The translations under genes and the position numbers were made by a program. A stretch of DNA of 64,000 bases from Gemmatimonadota bacterium (lineage in GTDB: Bacteria; Gemmatimonadota; Gemmatimonadetes; Gemmatimonadales; GWC2-71-9). Shown one piece after another: positions 45,861 through 53,909 of this stretch (within the stretch, counting starts at the first letter, position 1; each line of letters begins with the position of its first letter). The DNA is taken from contig QHUB01000013.1 of the NCBI GenBank assembly GCA_003221035.1, forward strand, positions 23,259 through 87,258. The letters run 5' to 3'. Below the pieces are notes generated by a model. The model was not told where the DNA came from, did not search any database, and saw nothing but the letters and a program-made list of their open reading frames with translations.

Positions 45861-47549
45861 ATGCAGGTAGCACGTCGGTTCTTCATCATCGGCGTATTCG
45901 CTGTTGCAGGGTCACAAGCACGCGCGCAGACCGCCTCCTTGCCGCTGAAGCACACGCCCGGGCGCACGCAGACCGCGATCACAGCGGCGGATCTCATGAC
46001 CCGCCTCTACATCTATTCCGACGACTCGATGATGGGCCGCATGGCCGGCACCGAGTACAACCTCAAGGCCACGGTGTATATCGCCGCGGAAGTGAAGCGG
46101 ATGCGGCTCCAGCCGGCCGGCGATTCCGGCACCTACTTCCAGAACGTCCCGCTCGTCAAGCGGCAGCTCGATCCGAACGCGAGCTTGTCGGTTGAGGGCA
46201 CCTCGTTCACTCCGTGGGAGCAGTTCGTTCCGCGCGATCCCGGAGTCGCAACCCGCGCGTTCGAGGGCGCGCAAACGGTGTACGCCGGCGTGCTCGGCGA
46301 CAGCACCCAGCTCACGGGTGAGCAGGCAGCCGGCAAATTCGTCGTGCTCTCGATCAGGCGCGGCCCGAACCTGCCGCCCTCCGCGCAGGTGAATCGCGGA
46401 GCATTGCTCGCCAGGTATCGCGGAGCCACGGGTATCGCGGTGGTCGCGCTCGAGACGTTCCCGCCGCAGGCGATCAATTTCTTCCGCTCGCCGCAGACGA
46501 CGCTCAAGGACACGCAGGGGCCGGCCGACACCACCAGCCTGCCCGTCTACATCTATGTGAGCTCGGCGGGTGCGCAGACCTTGATGGGTGCATCGCTCGA
46601 CAGCCTCAAACCCGGCGCGCCCGGCAAAACCGTGCACGGCTCCGTGTCGTTCACCGGGACGGCGGCGCCCGCCCGCAACGTCGTTGCCATTCTCCCGGGG
46701 AGTGATCCCGCGCTCAAGGGCGAGTATGTCGCCATCGGCGCGCACAATGATCACATTGGCTTCGACTCGGAGCCGGTGGATCACGATTCGATCCGCGCCT
46801 ACAACGATGCTCTGCGCAAGCTGCAGCTCGCCTCGGCAGGGCAGCGCATCACGCCCGATCAGATTCAGCAGATCCATGTGAACGCCGACAGCCTGCATCG
46901 GCTGCATGCGGCGCGGCGCGATTCCATCTTCAATGGCGCCGATGACGACGGCTCGGGAACGACGGCGGTGCTCGAGATCGCGGAGGCATTCGCCGGGGCG
47001 AAGGTCAAGCCGAAACGGTCGATCATCTTCGTCTGGCATACGGGAGAGGAGCTCGGACTCTTCGGCTCGCAGTATTTCACGGATCATCCGACCGTCACGC
47101 GTGATTCGATCGTCGCGCAGCTCAACATGGATATGGTGGGCCGTGGCCGTGCCGACGACGAGAATGGCGGTAGTCCGGGTTATCTCGAGCTGATCGGGAC
47201 GCGGCGGTTATCCACCGAGCTGGGCGACTTGATCGAGACGGTGAACAAGGCTCGCGCGCAGCCGTTTACGTTCGATTACCAGTTCGACGCGACGGGCCAC
47301 CCCGAACAGTACTACTGCCGCAGCGACCACTACATGTATGCGCGCTACGGCATCCCGATCGCGTTCTTCACGACCGGCAAGCACCGCGATTACCATCAGG
47401 TAACGGACGAGCCGGAGTACATCGACTACGACAAACTCGCGCATGTCGCGCAGTTCGTGCACGATGTGGCGACGTCGGTGGCGAACCTGGATCACCGGGT
47501 GGTGGTCGATAAGCCAAAGCCCGATCCGCACGGCAATTGCGTCCAATAG
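45861..47549 (+). CDS. M28 family metallopeptidase with PA-like insert
   Basis: Start at ATG 45861 (GGAGAG 7 nt upstream; signal MQVARRFFIIGVFAVAGSQARA). GAHNDHIG, NGADDDGSGTTAVLEIAE, WHTGEELGLFGS and SDHYMY motifs. Confidence 0.85.
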   Translation: MQVARRFFIIGVFAVAGSQARAQTASLPLKHTPGRTQTAITAADLMTRLYIYSDDSMMGRMAGTEYNLKATVYIAAEVKRMRLQPAGDSGTYFQNVPLVKRQLDPNASLSVEGTSFTPWEQFVPRDPGVATRAFEGAQTVYAGVLGDSTQLTGEQAAGKFVVLSIRRGPNLPPSAQVNRGALLARYRGATGIAVVALETFPPQAINFFRSPQTTLKDTQGPADTTSLPVYIYVSSAGAQTLMGASLDSLKPGAPGKTVHGSVSFTGTAAPARNVVAILPGSDPALKGEYVAIGAHNDHIGFDSEPVDHDSIRAYNDALRKLQLASAGQRITPDQIQQIHVNADSLHRLHAARRDSIFNGADDDGSGTTAVLEIAEAFAGAKVKPKRSIIFVWHTGEELGLFGSQYFTDHPTVTRDSIVAQLNMDMVGRGRADDENGGSPGYLELIGTRRLSTELGDLIETVNKARAQPFTFDYQFDATGHPEQYYCRSDHYMYARYGIPIAFFTTGKHRDYHQVTDEPEYIDYDKLAHVAQFVHDVATSVANLDHRVVVDKPKPDPHGNCVQ

Positions 47550-47553
47550 GCCG

Positions 47554-47958
47554 GTGGCTGGCTACTCTGGTCGTTCGCTTGCAGCAAAGCTCGGCATCAA
47601 GCCCCGGACGCGGATCGCGATCATCGATCCGCCCCGGGGCTATCGAGCGACGCTGGGCAAACTGCCCGACGATGTGACGGTTGCTTCCCGGCCCAGCGGC
47701 AGCTACCCCCTCATTCACTTCTTCACCAGGAGTCGCGCCGTGCTCGAATCCAAACTGCCCGCCCTGCTCGGGGCGCTCGATACCGACGGCGCGCTCTGGA
47801 TCTCGTGGCCGAAGAAATCATCAGGCGTCGCGACGGACATGACGGAGGACGTCGTCCGTCAGGTCGCCCTTCCAACGGGCCTGGTCGACATCAAGGTCGC
47901 TGCGGTCGATGATGTGTGGTCGGGGTTGAAGCTTGTTCGACGCCTCAAGAACAGATGA
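47554..47958 (+). CDS. DUF3052-like protein
   Basis: GTG 47554 lies just after the peptidase stop. Sequence SGRSLAAKLGIKP..IAIIDPP...ALWISWPKK matches my recollection of DUF3052. Confidence 0.55.
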   Translation: MAGYSGRSLAAKLGIKPRTRIAIIDPPRGYRATLGKLPDDVTVASRPSGSYPLIHFFTRSRAVLESKLPALLGALDTDGALWISWPKKSSGVATDMTEDVVRQVALPTGLVDIKVAAVDDVWSGLKLVRRLKNR

Positions 47959-47967
47959 CGGATTCTC

Positions 47968-47995
47968 GATAGCTACTAGCCGATAGCCGCTAGCC
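47968..47995. repeat. tandem 14-bp direct repeat
   Basis: gatagctactagcc (47968-47981) is followed directly by gatagccgctagcc (47982-47995), identical at 12 of 14 positions. It lies in the gap upstream of the membrane-protein/wHTH operon. Confidence 0.7.
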
Positions 47996-48001
47996 TCCAG
48001 T

Positions 48002-48020
48002 TACTTTGCATTGCAAAGTA
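48002..48020. promoter_or_regulatory. perfect 9-1-9 palindrome, candidate operator
   Basis: TACTTTGCA-T-TGCAAAGTA lies immediately 5' of a TTGACA hexamer. It overlaps the 8-bp palindrome AAGTACTT (48016-48023). Confidence 0.55.
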
Positions 48021-48021
48021 C

Positions 48022-48050
48022 TTGACAACATTACCGCCATCCCCTAGCTT
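48022..48050 (+). promoter_or_regulatory. sigma-70-like promoter giving a probably leaderless mRNA
   Basis: TTGACA (48022-48027), a 17-nt spacer and TAGCTT (48045-48050). Only 6 nt then separate it from ATG 48057, with no Shine-Dalgarno. Confidence 0.45.
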
Positions 48051-48056
48051 CACGCC

Positions 48057-48662
48057 ATGACCTCGCCGCAGCCGCTCCACGATCGGGCGCTCGACAATCT
48101 CCAATTCATCCGCTCCACGATGGAGCGCGCCGCTTCATTTACTTCGGTCCCCGGCTGGGGCATGGTGGTACTCGGCGTGACCGCGGTGGCCGCGTCGGCC
48201 TATGCGGGCTCGCTGCCGGCGGCGCCGGTCTACGGTGAGGCCCACGCCCGCTGGCTTTGGGTGTGGATGTTCGAGGCCTTGCTCGGCGCCGGCGTCGGCG
48301 TCGCTGCCCTGCTCTATAAAGCCATGCGTGCGGGCGACGCCATCGTCAACGGCCCCGGACGCCGGTTCGGACTGAGCGTGCTTCCGCCGTTCATCGTGGG
48401 AGCGCTGCTCACGTACGTGCTGTGGCATGCCAAGCAGCTCCAGCTCCTTCCCGCTGTCTGGCTGCTCTGCTATGGGACCGGCGTGGTCACCGGGGGTGCC
48501 TTCTCGATGCGCGTCGTGCCCGTGATGGGCATCTGCTTCATGATCCTGGGCGCGCTGGCGCTCTTTGCGCCGCTCGCATGGCAGGTGTGGCTGCTTGCCG
48601 CGGGATTCGGCGTCCTGCACATCGTCTTTGGACTGATCATCGCACGGAGGTACGGTGGCTAA
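48057..48662 (+). CDS. hypothetical polytopic membrane protein
   Basis: Five to six hydrophobic helices. First gene of an operon with the wHTH regulator (8-nt overlap). Confidence 0.6.
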   Translation: MTSPQPLHDRALDNLQFIRSTMERAASFTSVPGWGMVVLGVTAVAASAYAGSLPAAPVYGEAHARWLWVWMFEALLGAGVGVAALLYKAMRAGDAIVNGPGRRFGLSVLPPFIVGALLTYVLWHAKQLQLLPAVWLLCYGTGVVTGGAFSMRVVPVMGICFMILGALALFAPLAWQVWLLAAGFGVLHIVFGLIIARRYGG

Positions 48663-49029
48663 GAGCAACACGGCGCGGCTCACTCGCGTGGACGGGGAGC
48701 GAGCCGAGAAACCGAAGGCGCAGCCGACGCCGGCAGTACTCGATCGGCTGATTCACGAGCGCGTGCGCCTCGCGATCGTGAGCGCCCTCGCGGTGCGCGA
48801 GCGTCTCACGTTCAATGAGCTGAAGGCACTGCTCAAGGCGAGCGACGGCAATCTCAGCGTGCACGCGCGCAAGCTCGAGGACGCGGAATACATCAGCTGC
48901 GACAAGTCCTTTGAAGGACGCGTCCCCAAAACCGAATACCGACTCACCGCCCTCGGCCGGCGGGCGCTCGAGCGCTACCTCGACCACATGGAAGCGTTGA
49001 TTCGCGCTACGCGTGAAGCCGCACGCTGA
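48655..49029 (+). CDS. winged-helix transcriptional regulator (HTH_34-like)
   Basis: [16 protein letters not shown]...[30 protein letters not shown]...[11 protein letters not shown]. Confidence 0.75.
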   Translation: MAKSNTARLTRVDGERAEKPKAQPTPAVLDRLIHERVRLAIVSALAVRERLTFNELKALLKASDGNLSVHARKLEDAEYISCDKSFEGRVPKTEYRLTALGRRALERYLDHMEALIRATREAAR

Positions 49030-49059
49030 CGTGGACTCTTTTTTTTGCGGGAAAGCTTT

Positions 49060-49695
49060 ATGACACAAAGTACTTCCATGCACGTCGCGATGGTGATGGA
49101 CGGCAACGGCCGGTGGGCCACGCGCCGGGGACTCCCGCGCGCGGCCGGGCATCGCGCCGGCGCGGAAGCCGTGCGGCGCGTCGTGAAGATCGCGCCCGAC
49201 TGCGGCGTCACCGCCCTCACGCTCTACGCGTTTTCCTCGGACAACTGGACGCGGCCGTCGGCGGAAGTGTCCATGCTCATGCGGCTGTTCGCGCGTTACC
49301 TGCGCTCCGAGACCGCGGAGCTCGCCGGGCAAGGCGTCAAGCTCATGATTGTCGGACGGCGCGATCGCTTGCCGCATTCGCTGGTCAAGGCGATCGATGC
49401 CGCCGAGCAGGCAACGGCGTCCGGGACGCGGCTCGAGCTGCGCATCGCGGTGGACTACTCGGCGCGGGCCGCGATCCGCGCGGGTACGCTCCTGCCTGAC
49501 GTCGATCTCTTGATCCGTACGGGTGGCGAGCAACGTCTGTCGGACTTCCTCTTGTGGGAATGCGCGTACGCCGAGCTGTGGTTCACCGAGCGCATGTGGC
49601 CCGACTTCGGCGCGGTCCAGCTCGCGGCTGCCGTGCATGAGTTCCACTCACGCGATCGCCGGTTCGGCGGCTTACCCAACCGGGAGGCAGTATGA
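49060..49695 (+). CDS. uppS: isoprenyl transferase / undecaprenyl diphosphate synthase (short form)
   Basis: Start at ATG 49060. [48 protein letters not shown] and RDRRFGG motifs. Confidence 0.85.
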   Translation: MTQSTSMHVAMVMDGNGRWATRRGLPRAAGHRAGAEAVRRVVKIAPDCGVTALTLYAFSSDNWTRPSAEVSMLMRLFARYLRSETAELAGQGVKLMIVGRRDRLPHSLVKAIDAAEQATASGTRLELRIAVDYSARAAIRAGTLLPDVDLLIRTGGEQRLSDFLLWECAYAELWFTERMWPDFGAVQLAAAVHEFHSRDRRFGGLPNREAV

Positions 49696-51212
49696 CGGCT
49701 CCCCACATCGCGCCACGCACCAAACTCGCTTTGGAGATCGCTGCGGCCGGCGTGGTTGGCGGTATTGTCGGGGATCAACTCCTCGGCGTCATGCCGTGGG
49801 GCCTGAACATGGCGCTCGGCACCACTGCACTCGTCGGCACCGGGGCCTGGCTCGTCCGCCGGCACCAGATCAAACCGGGACCCGACGCGGCGTGGCTCGC
49901 CATCACGGCGTTGCTTCTCGGCTTTGCGTTCCTGCGCCGCGACGCACAGCCGCTGGACGCGTTCGATGCGCTCGCACTGATCGGGACTCTCGCGATGGCC
50001 GCTGCCAGTGTGCAGGGCGAGGTCATCGCGAGCTGGTACCCCTTCGACGGGATCCGCGGCGTCGTGACCGCGTCCCTCGCGAGCATTGTCGGCGGAGTCC
50101 AGCTGATCTTCGGCGACATTCAATGGCGCGAGCTGCCGCAGGACGACCGGCTGCGCAATCTGCGCCGCGCATTCCTCGGCGTCGTCATCGCCGCACCGAT
50201 ACTCATCGTCTTTGCGGCGCTGTTTGCTTCGGCCGATCCGGTCTTCGGCACTGTGCTGTCGAACCTCTTCAACTTCAACGCCGCAGCCGTCATCCGGCAT
50301 ACGTTCTTCATCTGCTTCTGGGGATTCCTGGTCGCCGGCTATTTCCGGTGGTCCTTGCTCGGCCGGCCCTTGCATGGCGTGACACCCACGCTCAAACCGC
50401 TCCAAAGCGTCGTGCCGCTCGCGACTGCGCTTGGTCTCGTCGATCTGCTCTTCCTGCTGTTCGTCGTCGTGCAGGTCCGTTACTTCTTCGGCGGCTCAGG
50501 CGTCGTGCAGGAAACGAGCGGGCTCACGTACGCCGACTACGCGCGGCGCGGCTTCTTCGAGCTGATGACCGCGAGCATGCTCGTGCTGCCCATCCTGCTC
50601 GGCGCCGAAGCGCTCGTGCATACCGGCACCGCCCCGCAGGTTCGGGTGTTCCGCCAGCTCGCGGGTTTGTTGCTCGCGCTCCTCTCGGTCGTGATGATCT
50701 CGGCGCTGCAGCGAATGCGCCTCTACGTCGCGGCGTTCGGGCTCTCGACGCAGCGATTGTACGCCACCGCGTTCATGGTCCTGCTGATCGGCGTGCTTGC
50801 CTGGTTTGCGTGGACTGTGTTGCGAGGCCGGCGCGAGCGTTTCGTGTTCGGAGCGCTCATGCAGGGGCTCGCAGTGCTGGCCGGCCTCCATTTGGTGAAT
50901 CCGGACGCGTACATCGTCAATCACAATCTCAATCGACCCGGGGCTGAGCGCCCGTTCGACGCCAAGTACGCCGTCACGCTCGGCGGTGACGCGGTACCGC
51001 CCCTGCTCTCCGCGCTGCCCCGTCTGCGCGCGGAGGACCGCTGCATCGTGATTCGCGGTCTGCTCAGGCGCTGGGACCGGACGGACGTCGATTGGCGCAC
51101 CTGGAATTGGAGCCGTGCAGGCGCGCGCGCGCTCGTTCGCAACCGGGCGGGATCGTTGAAAGCGGAGCTGGCGTCTTGTCCGGCTCCGAAGGAAGGACGC
51201 AATGGTCACTGA
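49692..51212 (+). CDS. DUF4173-like polytopic membrane protein
   Basis: ATGA overlap with uppS. About 12 TM helices. The family is assigned from memory of the general architecture. Confidence 0.6.
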   Translation: MTAPHIAPRTKLALEIAAAGVVGGIVGDQLLGVMPWGLNMALGTTALVGTGAWLVRRHQIKPGPDAAWLAITALLLGFAFLRRDAQPLDAFDALALIGTLAMAAASVQGEVIASWYPFDGIRGVVTASLASIVGGVQLIFGDIQWRELPQDDRLRNLRRAFLGVVIAAPILIVFAALFASADPVFGTVLSNLFNFNAAAVIRHTFFICFWGFLVAGYFRWSLLGRPLHGVTPTLKPLQSVVPLATALGLVDLLFLLFVVVQVRYFFGGSGVVQETSGLTYADYARRGFFELMTASMLVLPILLGAEALVHTGTAPQVRVFRQLAGLLLALLSVVMISALQRMRLYVAAFGLSTQRLYATAFMVLLIGVLAWFAWTVLRGRRERFVFGALMQGLAVLAGLHLVNPDAYIVNHNLNRPGAERPFDAKYAVTLGGDAVPPLLSALPRLRAEDRCIVIRGLLRRWDRTDVDWRTWNWSRAGARALVRNRAGSLKAELASCPAPKEGRNGH

Positions 51213-51628
51213 TGGGCTTGGTGTCTGGTGCCTGGTGTGTGGTGTCTGGAGATGAGCGCCTTAAGTGACCGAACGAGCCCTGCAAGCAGACGGCCCACGA
51301 TTCTGCTCAGCGCGAGAGCTCGGTCGGCATCACTCTCATGGACATAAGATCGGCGTGCTGCGATAAGAACCTGCGTCTCGAGCTCCATCAAGGAGCCATT
51401 GGCAATTCCAAGGTGGTGAATGTACTCACCGAGATGATCCCGCCCGTGGCCCTCGGCGATGTTGCTGGGGATCGACACTGCGCATCGCTGCAGCTGGGCT
51501 GTAAGGCCGAACCGTTCGTCTTTCGGAAAAGTCTCTGTGATCTCGTAAACGGCATCAACGAGGTCCATAGCTCGCTGCCACACAGTCAAATCACGATATG
51601 ATGTCACTTTCGGGCGAGCTGTGATCAT
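51206..51628 (-). CDS. four-helix-bundle protein (23S rRNA intervening-sequence protein / Avd family)
   Basis: YRDLTVWQRAMDLVDAVYEITETFPKDERFGLTAQLQRCAVSIPSNIAEGHGR is the family signature. G+C is visibly lower than in the neighbours. The C-terminal ~12 aa are read out of the flanking repeat. Confidence 0.8.
   Translation of the reverse strand: MITARPKVTSYRDLTVWQRAMDLVDAVYEITETFPKDERFGLTAQLQRCAVSIPSNIAEGHGRDHLGEYIHHLGIANGSLMELETQVLIAARRSYVHESDADRALALSRIVGRLLAGLVRSLKALISRHHTPGTRHQAHQ
51220..51249. repeat. left arm of 30-nt inverted repeat flanking the four-helix-bundle gene
   Basis: ggtgtctggtgcctggtgtgtggtgtctgg matches the reverse complement of 51700..51729 at 27 of 30 positions. It contains GGTGTCTGG twice (51220-51228, 51241-51249). 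Confidence 0.85.
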
Positions 51629-51699
51629 TTGACGACAATGCTCGGCAATCTGTCACAATGCCGAACCATTTCGATGCCGCGAGGGGCACTCCGTCGCGA

Positions 51700-51729
51700 C
51701 CAGACACCAGGTACCAGGCACCAGACACC
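51700..51729. repeat. right arm of 30-nt inverted repeat flanking the four-helix-bundle gene
   Basis: ccagacaccaggtaccaggcaccagacacc contains CCAGACACC twice (51700-51708, 51721-51729). It ends 17 nt before the PhzF start codon. Confidence 0.85.
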
Positions 51730-51745
51730 GCTTTAGATTCTCTCC

Positions 51746-52549
51746 ATGCCACTCCACATCAGCCAAGTCGATGCATTCACCAACAAACCATTCGCCGGCA
51801 ATCCCGCCGGCGTTTGCATTCTTCCCAAAGCCGCCGGCGCCGGCTGGATGCTGAACGTCGCGCGCGAGATGAACCTGGCCGAGACCGCATTTCTGGTGAA
51901 GCAGCGCGACGGCTACGACCTGCGCTGGTTCACGCCGGCGATCGAAGTGGATCTGTGCGGCCATGCGACGCTCGCCAGTGCGCACGTGCTGTGGGAGGAC
52001 GGGCACCTGCCCAAGACGGCGCAGGCGCGGTTTCACACGAAGAGCGGCCTGCTCACCGCCGACCATAACGGCGCGTGGATCGAGCTCGATTTTCCCGCGA
52101 CCCCGGCGCAGCCCGCGGCGGCGCCAGCCGGACTGATCGAGTCGCTCGGGGTCTCACCGGCGTTCGTCGGCAAGAGTCCGTTCGATTACCTGGTCGAGCT
52201 CGAGAACGAATCCACCGTACGCGGACTCGCGCCGAATCTTGCTGCGCTCGCGGAGGTCGAGGCTCGCGGAGTAATCGTGACCGCGCGCGGCGCAGGCAAG
52301 TACGACTTCGTCTCGCGCTTCTTCGCGCCGCAATCAGGCGTGCCGGAAGATCCCGTGACGGGCTCGGCACACTGCGCCCTCGCGCCTTACTGGAGCGCGA
52401 AGCTCGGCAAAAAAGAGCTCGTCGCGTTTCAGGCGTCACCGCGCGGCGGCGAGCTGCGACTACGGGTCGCCGGTGATCGCATCAAGATCGGCGGGCAAGC
52501 GGTCACGGTGTTGCGCGGAGAACTCACGACCGACAACTTGGGCGCGTGA
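51746..52549 (+). CDS. PhzF family isomerase
   Basis: QVDAFTNKPFAGNPAGV, ETAFL, CGHATLAS and GSAHCAL motifs. Confidence 0.85.
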   Translation: MPLHISQVDAFTNKPFAGNPAGVCILPKAAGAGWMLNVAREMNLAETAFLVKQRDGYDLRWFTPAIEVDLCGHATLASAHVLWEDGHLPKTAQARFHTKSGLLTADHNGAWIELDFPATPAQPAAAPAGLIESLGVSPAFVGKSPFDYLVELENESTVRGLAPNLAALAEVEARGVIVTARGAGKYDFVSRFFAPQSGVPEDPVTGSAHCALAPYWSAKLGKKELVAFQASPRGGELRLRVAGDRIKIGGQAVTVLRGELTTDNLGA

Positions 52550-53487
52550 CGGAACCCGCCACCACCCAATCCTCCCGCAGTCGCGTCGTCGGCTACCTCT
52601 TTGCGCTCGGCGCGGGCGCGACGTGGGGCACCACCGGCCCGCTATCGACCGGCCTCTACGGCCTCATGCCCGCCAACACGATCGGTTTCTGGCGCGTCCT
52701 CATCGGGACGGTAGCGCTGGCGATTTGGGGCATCCTGTTTCAGCGTGACCTGTTTCGTGCCGACCGCCGAGGCTGGCTGATCGTTGGACTTGGCGGAGGC
52801 GCGATGGTCGCGCTCTTCGAGATCGCCTACCAGTACGCGATCGCCGGTGCAGGTGTGGCGGGCGCCGCGGCGCTCCTCTACACGGCTCCGGTGATGGTCG
52901 CCGTGCTGGCCCGCGTAGTCCTCAAGGAAGCCCTCACGCCCACGCGCGTGGCGCTCGCGTTCCTCGTCATGGCCGGTGTCGCGCTCACGGTGACCGGCGG
53001 CAGCAACGCCGGAGCGGAAGCGGCGCGCATGGGACTCACCGCCGGCATCGCGGGTGGCCTGCTCTCGGCGTTGAGCTACGCGCTCACATCGCTGATGGGA
53101 CGTTGGGCGGCGCCGCGCTATGGCGTGGCGAAGGTCCTGTTTCTCGAAGCCATCGGCGGCGTCGTGCTGATCTGGATTGCCCTGCTGATCTGGGGCCGGC
53201 CGCCCGCGCTACCGCCATCCGGGCCGGCCTGGCGCGGACTGCTCGGACTCGCCGCCGGCTCGGTGATCGCCGCCAACCTGCTCTTCTTTGGCGCGATGAA
53301 GCGCATCGAAGCCGCGCCCGCCTCTGTCGCCGCGACGATCGAACCGGTGGTGGGATCGCTGCTCGCACTGCTGCTCTTCAGCCAGAAACTGACCACGCTC
53401 GGCTGGCTCGGCCTGCTGATGGTGGTGAGCGGTGTTGCCGCCGGTTATCTGCTCGAGGGCCTCAGAAAACAGCCCGAGCCCGTCTAG
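52546..53487 (+). CDS. EamA/DMT family transporter
   Basis: Ten TM helices in two EamA repeats. GTGA overlap with the PhzF gene. Confidence 0.8.
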   Translation: MTEPATTQSSRSRVVGYLFALGAGATWGTTGPLSTGLYGLMPANTIGFWRVLIGTVALAIWGILFQRDLFRADRRGWLIVGLGGGAMVALFEIAYQYAIAGAGVAGAAALLYTAPVMVAVLARVVLKEALTPTRVALAFLVMAGVALTVTGGSNAGAEAARMGLTAGIAGGLLSALSYALTSLMGRWAAPRYGVAKVLFLEAIGGVVLIWIALLIWGRPPALPPSGPAWRGLLGLAAGSVIAANLLFFGAMKRIEAAPASVAATIEPVVGSLLALLLFSQKLTTLGWLGLLMVVSGVAAGYLLEGLRKQPEPV

Positions 53488-53909
53488 CGCGCGGCGGTCG
53501 TCTCGGTTTGCTGCAACCGTCCGCTGTAGAAGTTGGGTTTGCCTGACGCCTGCAAGAGCGCGTGCACGACAAACTCGAGCCCCACAAAGAAGAGTCCACC
53601 CGCCATCAGAGACGGCAGCTCGGCGGTATTCCGACCGTAGAGCAGCAGCAGCCACCGCGCGACTTCGTAGCACCACAGGCCGCCGGCGAACCAGCCCAGG
53701 ATGCGGACGAGCTTCCCCGTGCCGGTCTCGATGCCCGGGATCTTGAGGAGGAAGACTTCCACCCAGTGGCCGACGTACGTGAAGCAGAAGGCGACCGTAA
53801 AGGCATCCAGCAAATCCCAGCCGAGCGGGCCGTGATGAGGCAGGACCGTGGTGTAGATCAGCAGTGCCAGCGGCACTGCCAGCAGCGTGCTACGGGTGAG
53901 GTCTTTCAT
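53484..53909 (-). CDS. hypothetical membrane protein
   Basis: Four hydrophobic helices. The start overlaps the S9 peptidase end by 20 nt. Its stop shares a CTAG with the EamA stop. Confidence 0.5.
   Translation of the reverse strand: MKDLTRSTLLAVPLALLIYTTVLPHHGPLGWDLLDAFTVAFCFTYVGHWVEVFLLKIPGIETGTGKLVRILGWFAGGLWCYEVARWLLLLYGRNTAELPSLMAGGLFFVGLEFVVHALLQASGKPNFYSGRLQQTETTAAR

Noticed and set aside
49039-49046. T8 tract after the wHTH regulator gene as an intrinsic terminator.
   Set aside because: Only 4-5 bp stems (49011-49026 or 49022-49033) precede it, at poor spacing. uppS starts 14 nt later, so it may instead be a spacer or UP-like element.
51206-51628. The four-helix-bundle protein as the Avd component of a diversity-generating retroelement.
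   Set aside because: There is no reverse transcriptase gene in the window and I could see no template/variable repeat pair. The flanking repeats are inverted 30-mers, not a TR/VR.
53484-53487. Convergent genes whose stop codons share a CTAG palindrome (also CTAGCTAG at 58191-58198).
   Set aside because: This is a simple consequence of TAG stops on both strands. There is no evidence of function beyond compact gene packing.
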